A stretch of 63,488 nucleotides of DNA, counting the filler, from Klebsormidium nitens (lineage: Eukaryota > Plantae > Klebsormidiophyceae), in assembly GCA_000708835.1 (NCBI GenBank). It is 8 parts of 8 records of this genome, joined end to end, with 100 filler letters (N's around TTAATTAATTAA, not from the genome) between each part and the next. Parts side by side here need not be neighbours in the genome. Positions count along the whole stretch, not along the records: positions 1 to 20,582 come from DF237940.1; 7 more parts are not named here. One strand, written 5' to 3'. The position numbers were made by a program, and so were the translations under genes. The notes beneath the pieces were generated by a model. The model ran no database searches, was not told where the DNA came from, and was given only the letters and a program-made list of their open reading frames with translations. This document shows positions 1 to 13,400 of this stretch, piece by piece. How positions within the stretch are numbered: the first letter of the stretch is position 1; the number at the start of each line of letters is the position of its first letter.

Positions 1-1532
1 TGCACTCACGCAACTCCTCCACAATTGCCGGCCACTCCCTTCGGCCCCCACCAGAGGTGACCCCCAAAAAGTGGACCGATGCTGCAGGTGTTAAAAACGG
101 AACTGTTGAGGCCCTCATCTGGGAGGCCGTCGTTCTGGGTTTGCTTGCAACAGATCAGTCACCACATACCCCTCAATCTAATGGCTTCTCTGTGGCATGT
201 AGGCTTCCTGCACCCTTGAAAACACAGCGCTAGGGAAAGAGCAGCTCGTGGTAGAGCAGCGATCTGGCCAAGCGGTCAGGACGTCCGATTGGTGCCTTGG
301 ACCTCCACCTGACCCTTGTTCAGAGAAGTCGGTCCAAGACACCCAGTGAGAGCAAGATGCACTGCACACGTGGGCTCCTCCTCACCGGTTTTCTGGAGAG
401 CCGCTGCCGCCAGCTTCTCAAACGCCAGCGCGAGCTCGTCCAAGAGCAGGACCCTGCGCCCGGTCCCCTCGTGCCAGATGAACCCCCGAACTACCGCAAG
501 GGCGACGTAGAGTGACTCCAAGCCTGCAGATCCGGGAGCACGAGCAGTCCACTCAGATACTGGAGGCTACACTGAGACAACTGAGGTACAAACACCGAGG
601 GCCCTACGCGTCCGTGCTGACTCCACCACTTTGGCAAGAAGTTTTATAACAGGGTCACACGTTATGCTAGGTAAAAGAAGCTGCCATCTGCCATCTCCTT
701 GGAGAGATGCCAGAAGCGACTGTAACAATAATTCCGAATTCATTGTGGCCGCTGGATTTCACTCTTCCACCGGAGAAAGCTGTGCCCTTACTAACGCAGG
801 GAAGCCCAAGAATTTCCAAACGCAGATTCCTGCTCTTGTGAGCCGCAGGTGCAACTGTTGCTCTGAGCAGATGATGGCCGTGGACATCTCCTGCTCGAGC
901 AAGCGTCGTGGCTGCACCTGCCAGCCACAGCAGGTGGGGACGCTCACCTGTGACGGGGACCAAGTGCAGGTCCCCCACGTGCAGGTCGTCCGCCTCAGCG
1001 TCCGCTTCGTACGCCCTTCGCACCTCCGGAGAAAGCCATTCAAGGGCCTTGAACACACTGGTGGCACCCCAACGCCCAGAGTCGTCGCACAGGCTGCACA
1101 ATTGGGAGAGATAAGAGGTCTTTGCTGATGACCACTTTTGCATCGAGCGAAATTTCGACAGGAAAGGTTCTCTTCGTTCCATTGCTTGCGCTCGCAGTGC
1201 GCACATCTCTGGCCGCTCTTTGGTCTGACGCCAAAAGAGACAGGTGACCCACCTGACGACGATGGCGGGCTCGTTGGGTGCTCCCCTCTTGAGCTTCGTG
1301 ACGTCACCCCTCACGAAGCGGATGTCGTGATCTTCGGCCTCTCCTGGCCCTCAATCCTCGAGATCGAACGGGTTAGGCTCCTCCACGGAGCACGACTCGT
1401 AACCCAGCTCGGCCCACTTGGCTCGCCGCTCCTCTTCAGCTTCTTGGCACTGGCGGAGGAGGGCTTCGTCAGCCGCATTGGCCATTGCAATGAAGGGAGA
1501 CAAACAACCGGTTACAGGCGCAGTCCCCCCAT
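1..1532 (-). pseudogene. CHR10: 3' part of a CHR10/ALC1(CHD1L)-type gene: linker plus macrodomain, with an in-frame stop
   Basis: GT-AG exons 1532-1253, 1093-948, 523-387 and 81-<1 splice to AEEERRAKWAELGYESCSVEEP..D*GPGEAEDHDIRFVRGDVT..EPAIVVSLCDDSGRWG..DLHVGDLHLVPV..LYVALAVV..ASVHF. This matches the ALC1/CHR10 macrodomain (GDVT, DDSGxWG, DLHLGDLHL, ASxH). In-frame TGA at 1351-1353. No SNF2 ATPase motifs seen upstream. Confidence 0.85.
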
Positions 1533-3512
1533 CTGAACACATACAGCTGTGACCGTAGCACAGGCCTAACACTGCGTGTCTCGTTTCCCAACCACAGCAA
1601 AGACAAGGGTGAATCCAGTTGGCCTGGCTCGTCAGCTCGCTCTCACTGCTCACTGTGGCTTCGATGCAGGAGGGATTGGTGCAGATGAATAGCAGAGGCT
1701 TGATCGCATGCCCAGATGCTTGCTGTCGTAGCATGTTGACGTTGAAATCAGCACAGGAGGCGAACAGAGGAGCACGGCTGCAGCGAAAGGAAGACCTGAG
1801 TTGATTGCTGGTGAGCAGACATGGAGAACCGGACTGCCCACCTTGGATCCCTTGGCTCATGCGATCCTTATATACCATGTGCACAAAGGTCACGTTCAGG
1901 TTGACCATTCCGGCAGAGCGCCCCTGGACACAAAAAGATTGTTTAGCTGAGTTTTGTCTTTGCTTTTGCAGAGCTCAAAAGCCACTCTCCGGATACATAT
2001 CAACGAGGTGTTCCTGCTCTCGAAGACGTTGCTGTGATGTGACGCTCAAGATGGCTGCATAGGACGGTGGACATGTGTTCCAATGAGGAGCAGTATATCG
2101 ACCAACGTGGGCAGAGGACAGGCTGCAGCTACCATGTCCCGAACCTTTCATGAATCAGCACCTCGATGAAACAAACACCAAAAGAACCATCTCGTTGACT
2201 TAGACCATCACCAACTTATGAGTAGCAAACCCCTGCCGCACAAAATAGAGCAAATAGCCATACACAGCACAACACTCCTGCTGCTATGCCACAGTGATTG
2301 CAACAAGCAACAAGCAGTTCCGAGTCCAGAATGACATGATCACACAAAACGTCTCCCCGGATCCCCGATCAATGCAGATTTGGAACCACACGTTGTGCAC
2401 GCAACATTACTTCAAGGCTCTGCCAGCGGTGGCTGCCCCGTCCCCATCCCTTTGTCTGCCACCTGCCTCTTCGCAGCACCTCTCATCACTCTTAACTCAG
2501 TGGCGCCTTGTCTCACCTCCGTCTCTACGTCGTCTAGTGCTGGTGCAAAGGAAGCTGCCTCAAGTGTTTGCTCCATCTCAGAGCCCTCGTCGGAAACCTG
2601 AGACGAGAACCCTTCCTGCGCCCCCTCCTTGCCCTTCTTCCCACTGGGCGCTCCACTCTGGTCGCCCTCGAGCTCCTTCTTGGGCGCCTGCTTCTGCCCC
2701 GCAAGCGCTTCCTCCTCGCGTCCGACAGTCGGCACTGGCTCTGCCTCCCCCCCCTNNNNNNNNNNNNNNNNNNNNNNNNNNNNNNNNNNNNNNNNNNNNN
2801 NNNNNNNNNNNNNNNNNNNNNNNNNNNNNNNNNNNNNNNNNNNNNNNNNNNNNNNNNNNNNNNNNNNNNNNNNNNNNNNNNNNNNNNNNNNNNNNNNNNN
2901 NNNNNNNNNNNNNNNNNNNNNNNNNNNNNNNNNNNNNNNNNNNNNNNNNNNNNNNNNNNNNNNNNNNNNNNNNNNNNNNNNNNNNNNNNNNNNNNNNNNN
3001 NNNNNNNNNNNNNNNNNNNNNNNNNNNNNNNNNNNNNNNNNNNNNNNNNNNNNNNNNNNNNNNNNNNNNNNNNNNNNNNNNNNNNNNNNNNNNNNNNNNN
3101 NNNNNNNNNNNNNNNNNNNNNNNNNNNNNNNNNNNNNNNNNNNNNNNNNNNNNNNNNNNNNNNNNNNNNNNNNNNNNNNNNNNNNNNNNNNNNNNNNNNN
3201 NNNNNNNNNNNNNNNNNNNNNNNNNNNNNNNNNNNNNNNNNNNNNNNNNNNNNNNNNNNNNNNNNNNNNNNNNNNNNNNNNNNNNNNNNNNNNNNNNNNN
3301 NNNNNNNNNNNNNNNNNNNNNNNNNNNNNNNNNNNNNNNNNNNNNNNNNNNNNNNNNNNNNNNNNNNNNNNNNNNNNNNNNNNNNNNNNNNNNNNNNNNN
3401 NNNNNNNNNNNNNNNNNNNNNNNNNNNNNNNNNNNNNNNNNNNNNNNNNNNNNNNNNNNNNNNNNNNNNNNNNNNNNNNNNNNNNNNNNNNNNNNNNNNN
3501 NNNNNNNNNNNN

Positions 3513-5726
3513 CGTTCCCCCCCGTCAAGAACTGCAACGACGGGGGGACATTATTCTCTCCGTCGAACAGGATCTCGAGGGGGATGGCCAGCTCCGCGGG
3601 CTCCCTGTCACGAGCAAACGGCTCTTGGGAGCAGGCAGACCTCTCGACGAGCTTCGCGCGCGCACACGGGGACCCACACCACTTCGCGACCACGGTGAAG
3701 CTGGTGGGGTCGGGGATTAGACCCAGATTGAAGAGACGGCAGGCGGGCTGTAGGCCCTCAGTCAAGCTGCACAGGAAGAGGTGACGTGGTCAGAACAAAG
3801 CATAGGAGAGGCCCAGTTCGTCATGGTCGATGCCTTTGAAAGTGCATCAGCTCGTAATAGAAACCCCTTGAAACGGTTGAGGACCTAGAGCGAGCGAGGT
3901 CTCAATGCACAAATTGGGTTTGCTAAACCTGTTCTAGTGAACCAAACATGTCTCATCAAGAACCAGGCAGAAGGACCTGCTTATTGTTAGCCGTTTGTCC
4001 GTTTGCCCAAACCTTCTCCGACTACAAACATGTCCATCAAGGGCACGTTTTCCAATGAAAAGGCCTGACAAGAGATGCATCCTTACCAGCCCAAAAATGC
4101 AACACGACCAAAGCAACCCATGCTTATCTTACGAGCAAGTCGCCTGGTACGTGCTCTTAGGAGGCCTGCCAAAGCTCACGAGGTGCTCAGAACCTTACCT
4201 CCTGCCGATCCAATCTACATATTCCATCCTCGCACCCGGCTCGAATGTGAAGAGCGCGATGGTGGGGCTATGGGTAGATTGAAACTCCCACTTCCAGTGG
4301 ACCGCCGCCAGGTGGCAGTGGTACCACCCCTGCTTCGTCCAATAGCGTGCGTTTTCAAACGTCCGCAGCGGCGCCCGGCCGCAGAAGGAGTCTCTTCGTT
4401 GCGCCGCTGCACAAAAGCCATGTTCGAGGAGACGCTTGTGTAAAATTGGAACAAGGGAGGAGATGGATAAATGCTGTGTCATCAGTGTTGGTCGCCTTTG
4501 GATGCCTGACGGCAAAGGAAAACGAATGAAAAGAGCTCATCACTGATAAGGCCCGAATGCCTGACAGGGGTACAATGACTAAAGGCGTTCCATGACGCCA
4601 GTCCTGGCTTCCAGCACAAGCTTGTATTGGCCTCTTCACTAGATTTTCTGACAGATGCAGTGCATCCAATCTCATGACAACGGAAGCTACGGATAGCTTG
4701 TCTGCCGCTGCGCAAATGACCCCAGTGCTCACTTGTGTCCCTACTTTCTTCCATGGGATGCCGCGCTCAACCAAGGAAGCACGCTTGATCCTCATTCGTG
4801 AGTGCTTACCGACGAACAGTTCGTCCTTCAGGTGGTCCACCACCACTTTCGCAGGCTGTTGCTGCCCGGGATGTCTCCGCCCCACCAGCAGGACTTCGCC
4901 CTCGTGGAGCCACAGGAGGTACTCTGTCTCGAGGCGCTTTCGCCAGCGCACAAAGTCCTCGTCCCCGACGCCAGTGAGGCCCGTGCGGATGGGCTCCTCG
5001 AGTGGCTCTCCCCTCCTGACCTTCTCCTCGATCTGCTGTTGTGCACCTTCCAGGGCGTTGTTGAACGCCGCGAACCTGCGCAACGGAAGAGGGGGTTGCA
5101 TCAGGAGTCCCTATAGAGAGCAGTAGGAGTGCACGAAGTTAATGGTGCTCCACTCAGCACTTTACAACGGTTTCCAAGTAGTCAAGACAAGAAAAGGCCA
5201 TCTGTGACGTTGTTGACCGTTGCACAACGCCCTGGAAATCGACTGGGATCATTGGCATCAGGGAATCAAGAAGAAAGACTGCAGCCAATTCCAGAGTGCG
5301 TGAAGACGCTTTCGTGCGCAGACGCCATGATATGACTGACACCGTTAGGAGGTTAGGAAGACTAATGCTTTGTCCAGCCAAAGCAAGTGGTTACCTGCTG
5401 CGGCTGGTGGAGGGGGGCTGAGTGGCAGTCGGCGGCGAGGAAGGTCGGACTTGAGGGGCTGCCGTGGGGGACACGCGCTCGTGCAACCCAGGCTCTTTCT
5501 GCAGGTTAATCACCAAGTCAGACGAGGCAATGGACCAACCACAGAAACGTGGGCAAGAAGGGCACTGATATCGAGGAACTTCAGATTGGCAACCCTCTGG
5601 ATCAAAGTACAGCCATATACAAAAAGCCAGTGAGTGCAGCCAAAATGCTTGGGAAAGTACTCACTGGAGAGGGGGCGCCGCTTCTTATGCCAGCAGCATT
5701 GCCTTGCAGAGGAAATGGCCTGCGGG
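3513..5726 (-). pseudogene. Decayed multi-exon coding sequence of unknown function
   Basis: Protein-like segments bounded by plausible splice sites (GLLMQPPLPLRRFAAFNNALE..EDFVRWRKRLETEYLLWL..; LTEGLQPACRLFNLGLIPDP..). One segment (about 4200-4400) carries two in-frame stops. No family recognised. Confidence 0.3.
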
Positions 5727-7420
5727 ATAAATACGTCGAGTATTGAACAAAACAACGCATGGAAAGTTGTACCACCCAGAAAGGGGTTGGCAAGACACTG
5801 GTCGTGCTCATGCAAGCCTTCCATGCAGTGTGTACAAAGATACGCTATGCATAGACAGTGTGCCTTGCCAGCTGAAGCAACATTCTGGACGGGTGAAAGA
5901 TGAGGTGGAGCAAGCCATACCAACGTCCGCAAACTTGGGGATGGGCAGTCAAGCGTTCTCAACAAGGACACTCCATAAACAAATCTAGCCACCTCAGAAA
6001 CCTCTACCCTCTCCCTCTAGCAATCATGTACAGATGAACCAACTTTTCAAGTTTCTCAAAGAAAGGGTTTCTAGATCTTGACGCATCTGCACAGGAATCA
6101 AAAGAATTCAGGCCAGAATGGTGGCCTCCTCACGCTCTTCGTCACGTGGCGGCAAGAACACGGTTGCTCTAGCATGCAATGTTACCAGCCTTCGTCTTTC
6201 GTAGCCAGGACCGTACCAGTTTCAATCAACTCTCAGGTCCTCCCGGCAGACGAGATTCTTTTAGAGTGAACGCTGGTCTCATACTTTAGTGAGCCACCTT
6301 GCCCAAATAGAGAAGTGAGGACATTCTTACTGGTCGGTAGTGGTGACCACACTTGCAGTGTCCACCCTGCTATCCGAGAGCCCGCCAAGCGTTGCTTCTG
6401 AGGTGCCTGCACCAATCAGGCTCGGGCCGTTTCCAACCCTGCACCGCTGCCGCTTGCAGACGATGCATCTTCGCCGCCCCATCCTGTTGGGGCTAGACTC
6501 CCCCACTCAAAGCTCGGGTCCTCCAGCCAGATGTCCTCTGCATCTTCCCACCCTGTTGCCATCGCTGTCCGGGAACTTGTCTGCTGCTAGCGTGTTGCGC
6601 TGATTGTTGGAAAGGGCGTTACCTAAAGTCTAGACGTACTCAGAGTCAGAGCTGCTTCACTTGACTCAGCAACACTACTGACATCAACAAGTGGGGTCGC
6701 CCTGTGAAAGGGCGCCGGGGCTTGCCTCTGAAAATCAACGCATTTTACATGGACGAGGGCATGGAAGCCATTGGCCCGCCTCCTTCCTGGTATCCTGGTA
6801 TCCTTTCTGGTATCGCTCTCCCAATGGTGTGCAGGCGGCGGCTGCTCTCTGAGTCCGCGGCTGAAGACGCGGAGCGTGGCGGATGTTCCTGGTTTTGTTT
6901 CTCATCCTAGTTTGGCCAGCCGGTGGTCAGATTGCAGCAATTAAATCTGCCACGGGGCTGAAGCAGGCTGAGGGGACCAAAGAAGGAGCAGCTGAATTCG
7001 TCTGTCAGGTCTGCCAGGGTAGCTGCACGAGTGCCTAGTACTGCAAGCTGGGCCAACTCCCATGTGCCGGTGATCAAAGAATGCGAACATGTGCATCGTC
7101 CTGCACGTTGGCTCAATGTGCTGTGTTCCGCAAATAGGAGCTCGGGCGGCGCATTATCAAAGACATAGTGCAAGCGCTGTTTGGTAGTCTGAAGAACCCT
7201 GGAAGAGTCTGCTTTGGATAGTTCTCAAAAGCTCAGGGCACATGAGGCAACTTTGGAGTATCTGAGCGCGCGTTTAAATTAGATGTTGCCCATAGAAATT
7301 CAATTTCATCTTGCTGTTAGCTTTTGCGCAAGCTCCCCAAATCTTCCACTTTACCTATCTTTGGCATGAAAAGTTTCTGAAAGCAGAGGGTCACTGCGTG
7401 TATTTTGGCCCGCTTCCGCT

Positions 7421-10400
7421 ATGGCGAGGCCAATTGCTGGGGGACTATTCCACAAGTCCAAAACTTTGAACGACAAATATGTGAGTCCTTTCTTCAGTGC
7501 GCTGACCGTCCCATTATTTTAAAGAAGTATTCATGTGCTGCAATTATGCATAGTGCATCCGAGATGGCTCATCATTCTGGCGTCAGGACGTGAGGTTAAT
7601 CTTTGGACCGACATCCGCATGTGACATGCCTGAGGAAGGTCACCTTTTGACTTCAAGAATCGAAGATGTCTTTGCTCACTGAGTGCAGCTCCTTGGGGAC
7701 GAGATTGGAAAAGGTGCTTATGGCCGCGTCTACAAGGGCGTTGACTTGCAGAATGGCGACTTTGTCGCCATCAAGCAGGTCTCCTTAGAAAACATTCTTA
7801 CGGAAGATCTCCACAGCATCATGGTGAGATTGCAAGGCTCCTAATGCTCCATACATTGCAGTTCCATCATTGCAGGCTGTTGATTTTGCCACTCCTCATT
7901 GATGGATGCTGGTATCATTCTGATCAGAGGATAAAAGTTTGTTAACATCATATGACGCGCAAGCATTTGTTCGGTTTCAATCGATCATGAACACCAATTC
8001 ACATGATCGAACCTTGTCTGCGTGCAGCTGGAGATCGACCTACTCAAGGTGAGCCTGATCATGCCCAAGTGTAATAGGCCCCTCGCACAGATCGCGAAGC
8101 TTTCCATCTCAGGGTGGCAAACTATGATGCACTTGAGATCAGCATGGAGTTTTTGAGCGGTTCACGATATTTCCCCCTTATGCAGCACGTTCAATTCCCT
8201 TAAGTCTCATTAGTGCAGATGACGATTTCATCTTTGCTTGTGCAGAACTTGAACCACAAGAACATCGTGAAGTACCGGGGATCGTTCAAGACGAAATCGC
8301 ATCTGTACATCATTCTCGAGTAAGTGTTTTGCTGATTGCTCTCGGAGATTGCTTTTTGGCAGGCTTGCCAAGTAGTGGAACGAGGGTGTTTGTTCGAGAT
8401 TGCTTGACATCTGAAAGCTTGCGGGACTCGTGTTTCTATTACTCTGATCAAAGAGGAGTGCCAGATCAACACATGCTCTGATGCAGGTATGTTGAGAATG
8501 GCGCCCTCGCCAGCATCATCAAACCGAACAAGTTTGGGGCGTTTCCAGAGTCCCTTACGGCTGTATACATTGCGCAAGTCTTGGAAGGGCTTGTTTACCT
8601 CCACGAGCAGGGAGTCATCCATCGAGACATCAAAGGGGCCAATATCTTGACAACCAAGGAGGTAATTTATTCGTCTTTGGTTGTTCGACTGGCTACCTGA
8701 TTGATTTTCTGTGCACTTACGTTGTCGATGCTGAGCGGACGACAGCAGAACAATCTGTTCATTATCCTTCTTACCCTAGTGCTCATCATCGCATCATTGT
8801 ATACAAGTGCACAAGCAAGTCTTCTCTTTAAGGAAGGTTCAATGTGTCACTGACAGGCTGAGATGTCTGCAGGGCTTGGTAAAGCTGGCCGACTTTGGTG
8901 TTGCGACCAAGCTGAATGAGGCAGACGCGGACACACGGTCGGTTGTGGGCACACCCTACTGGATGGCACCAGAGGTAGGCTTGGCTTAAGACCCGACCTC
9001 AAATTTTGTTCTCGCTTGTGCTTGCATAAGCAGTTTAGGAGCTTACTGGTGATTGTAAGAAGAGACAAGAGGTGCAATGGGCCTGCCCAATTATTTCCCC
9101 TCCAACTTAGCCTATGTTCTGACTTCGAAAGCACCAATAGTTGCATGGCCGTGTGTGGAGGTTTTGGTGCCGCAAGTCTCCAGGAAACCGACTCTTTGTT
9201 CGCCGTCAAGCTGAGGCATCTTTTTGTTTGACACTCAAAACCCGTATCATAGCTTTGGTCAGTAAGAACCAATGCTACTGGTTTGCCGACCCTCTAAACT
9301 GGATGCAGGTGATTGAAATGTCGGGCGTAACTGCGTCCTCCGACATCTGGAGCGTCGGGTGCACTGTCATCGAGCTCATGACCTGCTCGCCCCCCTACTA
9401 CGACCTCCAGCCCATGCCCGCACTCTTCCGCATCGTCCAAGACGACCGGCCCCCGTTTCCAGACGGCCTCTCGGCTCTGCTGGTCGATTTCCTCACACTC
9501 TGCTTTCAGAAGGTGAGATCAACATTGATGAACTCAGAGTCTGTAACTTCTGATGGTCGGTGGCTGGAGCAAGGATATCCAAGGATGACAACACTGGGGA
9601 ACATGGTGGCTTACTGCTAATCAGACTGACCAGGATGTCGGAGAAGCTGGCCGGCTTGAACGTTCTATTGCTGATATCCCAACACGGAGAACAGATGGCC
9701 GCTTGTAGTTGCAAGGGATCTAGCAGACAAAGAGTGTCCCCTTGCCAAAGCCGCTCTCCTGCAGCGGACTTAAGACTTATCGCTCACCTGCCCTACTTTC
9801 GTCTGCCCCCTGCAGGATCCGAAGCTGCGCCCCGATGCCAAGCAGCTTCTGAAGCACCAGTGGATCCGCAACTCGCGTCGGCAGATGCAGAGCTCGTGGA
9901 AGGACAGCGCTGGCAAGATCAGCAGCATCAGCCAGGACGTGGCCGCGGTCGTCGTGCGCTCGATCGAGCAGGACGGACATGAGGTAACGTCAGCACCGCC
10001 GCTGGACCTCGAAAACGATCCGCTCGTCCGGGACCCGTTCGAGTCCGAGTCGGAGGACGAGCGCCCGCCTCACAGCCCGTCGATGTCGTCCCCTTCAGGG
10101 AGCGCCGCGGCGGTGGAAAAGAACAAGCCGATTAGGATCAGTAGGCAGAGCCTCGACCGGGGTCTTTTGACTTCCGGGGATCTCGGGCGGCCCCCGAAGC
10201 CGAGCGAGATCGTGGGAAGCGTGTTTGACTCGCCGCGGCCGTTGACCCCGGGGGAGTCCATCCCCGGGGGTGAGATCGAGATGGACGGGTGGGGGGATCA
10301 GGGCGGTAGAAGCGCTCGGGGGCTTGCGCAGCACCCAGACGATCGGCCGTCGACGTCGGGGCTGCAGGTTACGTCGCCACGGAGGCGAGGGCAGCCGCGG

Positions 10401-13400
10401 GCGGCCAATCGGAAGGAAGAGCGGGAGATTGCAGCGGTTATCGAGGGGCGGCGGCTGTCTCAAGAAGGGGACCTCGAAGCGGAGGACGAGGGGGCTACGC
10501 AAGTGGACGAGATCGAGGGGCTGGGGGGGAAACTAGAGGGGCGGGAAAATTACCCGAAGCAGGTCGCCGAGATGACGAAACTGCTGGGGGTGTTGAAACC
10601 GGACCGGAAGGAGGACGCTATCCTGCAGGCGGCCGACCGGCTGTGCATCCTCTTCCGGGAGTACCCGGAGCAGAAGACACAGCTGATCGGGCAGTATGGG
10701 GTGACGCCAGTCATGGAGATGCTGGAAGTGTCAAGCACCCAGGCGGTGTACGCGGTGCTGTACGTGCTGAACCAGCTGATCGAGGGGAACTCGGAGTATC
10801 TAGAGCAGCTGTGCCTGGTGGGGGCCGTGCCGCTCGTGCTGCGGTTCTCGGTCCCGGAGGCACCCCGGCTAATCCGGATGCAGGCGGTGCTGTTCGTGAG
10901 GGAGGTGACGCATGCGGGCGGAATGACGTTACAGATGCTGGTCGCGTGCGGGGGCCTGCCGGTGCTCGTCGCGTTTCTGGAGGGAGACTACAACGACAAC
11001 AAGGAGATTGTCTTCATGGCAATCGACGGCATCTGCAAGGTGAGTGGATATGCTGTCGTAGACTGCTGAAAGAAGTCCCTCCGGTTCGGAAGCCGTACGT
11101 GCATTGTTTGCAGTATAGCTGCGATTAGGCAAGTGCCCGATATGCTCGCCTGTGTTGCTTAACCATTGGCGGAGCTTTTACGGATCATCAAGTATATCGA
11201 CCTCTTTCCTTGTTGTGCGAGATCCAGTCTAAACGAGCGCCGACGGATAGGCGCTGTCTGAACGAGCGTCAACGGATCAGCATGGTTCGTGCTTAAGCCC
11301 CTCCACTTGCAGATCGTTGCAAGAGGGCCGATTGATATTCACCCGGCTCCATTGCAGGTGTTTGAGCTCAAGAGCCCCACCCCCAAGAACGACTTCTGCC
11401 GCCTCTTCGCCAAGTGCGGCGCCCTCGACCGCCTCGTCTCCGCGCTCTCCAGCACCAACGACGAGGCGCAACGTGTAAAGACGTCAGTAGGCCTCTCCCC
11501 TCGGGAGCGCGCCAGCGTGCACGCACGCAACCTGAGCGGGGACTCCGCCGGGCCGTTCCACCGACTGGACGGGTTCGAGCTCAGTCGCAGCGGGCTGGGG
11601 CGCCTGGAAGGCGCCGACCTCCGGGGGGGGGGGTTCCCGTCACCTAACGGCTCGACTGCCAGCCGCGCACCCCTGCTGGGCGCCGGCCACTCCGCAACTA
11701 GCAGCGCGAGCAGCATGCCGGGGGGCGGGCACCACCGGTCGACGAGCTCGTTCGGGAAGGGGGGCCGCGGGAGCGGGGGCTCGGCGCAGGTCGAGAAACC
11801 GTACGGGGTCACGCCGAACCCCGCGGAGGCGTGGGCGGCCGCGGAGACGGCGCGGGGGTACGTGGCGAAGCTGGCGAACCTGCTGCTGGTGTTCTCGCAC
11901 GCGGACTCGCTGGTCAAGGGCTTCATGTGCAGCCTGCAGCTGCTGCACCGTCTGTTCAAGATGATGGAGCGGCTGGAGCAGCCAATCCTGGTCAAGGTGA
12001 GGGCGGACGATGGAGTGCCGTAAAGATAGTGCTGTGATGCGTGAGGCGATGACTCAATGCGTCATACTTCGAGGAACAGATTGTGTCTCCGGAAAGCCGT
12101 TTGTCTTGTGCTGAGACTCTGTTCCTGAGCAGGATTGGCGATTTGTGCAAGGACTGGTACCCGCTGTCTAGGCCCGTAATATTACTTTCCGTACCTCAAA
12201 TGTCAAATCAAAGTCCTTTCCCTTGCTCCAGATGCTCCGGTGCATCAAGAACCTGTCGGAGGACGCCAACACGCTGGAGCCCCTGCAGCGAGCGGGCGCT
12301 ATCCCCTGTCTAGTTCCGATCCTTGCGCGCAAGGAAGGGCCCTTTCTGGCGGACATGCAGAACCAGGTACGCTCTTCGGACGTTTTACTGGCAACCAGAC
12401 TAAGATCGTGTAGTGCTCAATCCTGAAGTGTTTGGAAGTGCTTGGAAGAGGCTGAAGAGCGTTCGACATTGCCTATCGGTGCGAAGAAGAAGCTTTCGAC
12501 ACTGCCTATGGCGAGCCCTTGATCCTGGGCGTGTCGCACCTCGTTTCCTTTTATACTTAAGATTAAAGCCTGGTTTTTAGTGACCGGGCTTCTTAAGAAG
12601 CCGCTCTGGTCCACTTCTTCTCCGGGCGTCAGCACGCTCAACAAGCAGCTTCTTGCGCAGGGCTCGAGTGATCAAAGGAATGCAGAACCAAACCTTTTCT
12701 CCTTACGAACCCGCAGGTCCTGAGCGCGCTGTACAACCTGTGTAAAATCAACAAGACGCGGCAGGAGCAAGCCGCGGTCGCGGGCATCATCCCCCCCCTG
12801 CTGGCTCTCATCCGGAACGGCTCCCCCCTGAAACAATACGCTCTGCCCCTCGTGTGCGACATGGCGCATGCGTCCCGGCGCACGCGTGCGGAGCTCTGGA
12901 AGAACAAGGGCCTCGAGTTCTACCTGGACCTGCTGAAGGACGAGGAGTGGCAGGTCGCGGCGCTCGACTCGATTGCGATGTGGCTCGCGCACGACCACGA
13001 GCAGCGGAAAGTGGAGCCCGCGCTTCTGGAGGTGGGTTGGTTGCCGGTGGCTTATGGGTTGGTTATGAATGGTTTACGGGTTCTGGCGGAGAAATCCTCG
13101 AAAGGGCTGTAGGACGGATGGATCTTACAAGAGTGGAATGCAGAAGACTCTCGGCTCTTGGACATTGGACGTCTGCTTGCGGTTTTCCGGCTGCTCCTGA
13201 TTTCCGCCCTCCAAAAAGGATTCTGCACCATCCTCGCTGCGCTTGTAGCATCTCATCTTGTGCGGCTGGAGTTTGCGGGACTTTCTTTGTAAGGAGGAAC
13301 GAACCTGACAAGCAACCTGAAAAGATTGTCCCTTCCGCTTGTGCAGAAGGCGAATGTCCAAAAGCTGGTAGACTTCTTCGGTGTGGCAAGCGGCCCCACC

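Noticed and set aside
1351-1353. Selenocysteine or programmed readthrough at the macrodomain TGA
   Set aside because: It lies in a non-conserved acidic linker, with no Cys-equivalent position and no SECIS evidence; a nonsense mutation is simpler.
2294-3784. Long ORFs spanning N runs (also 15512-17078, 45141-46128, 57418-58286 and similar)
   Set aside because: Their length comes from X residues, not from sequence.
3513-7173. KDZ/CxC transposase call from Cys/His-rich ORFs (e.g. 5510-5992, 4195-4515)
   Set aside because: These frames overlap probable introns or alternative frames and lack convincing CxC spacing or DDE motifs.
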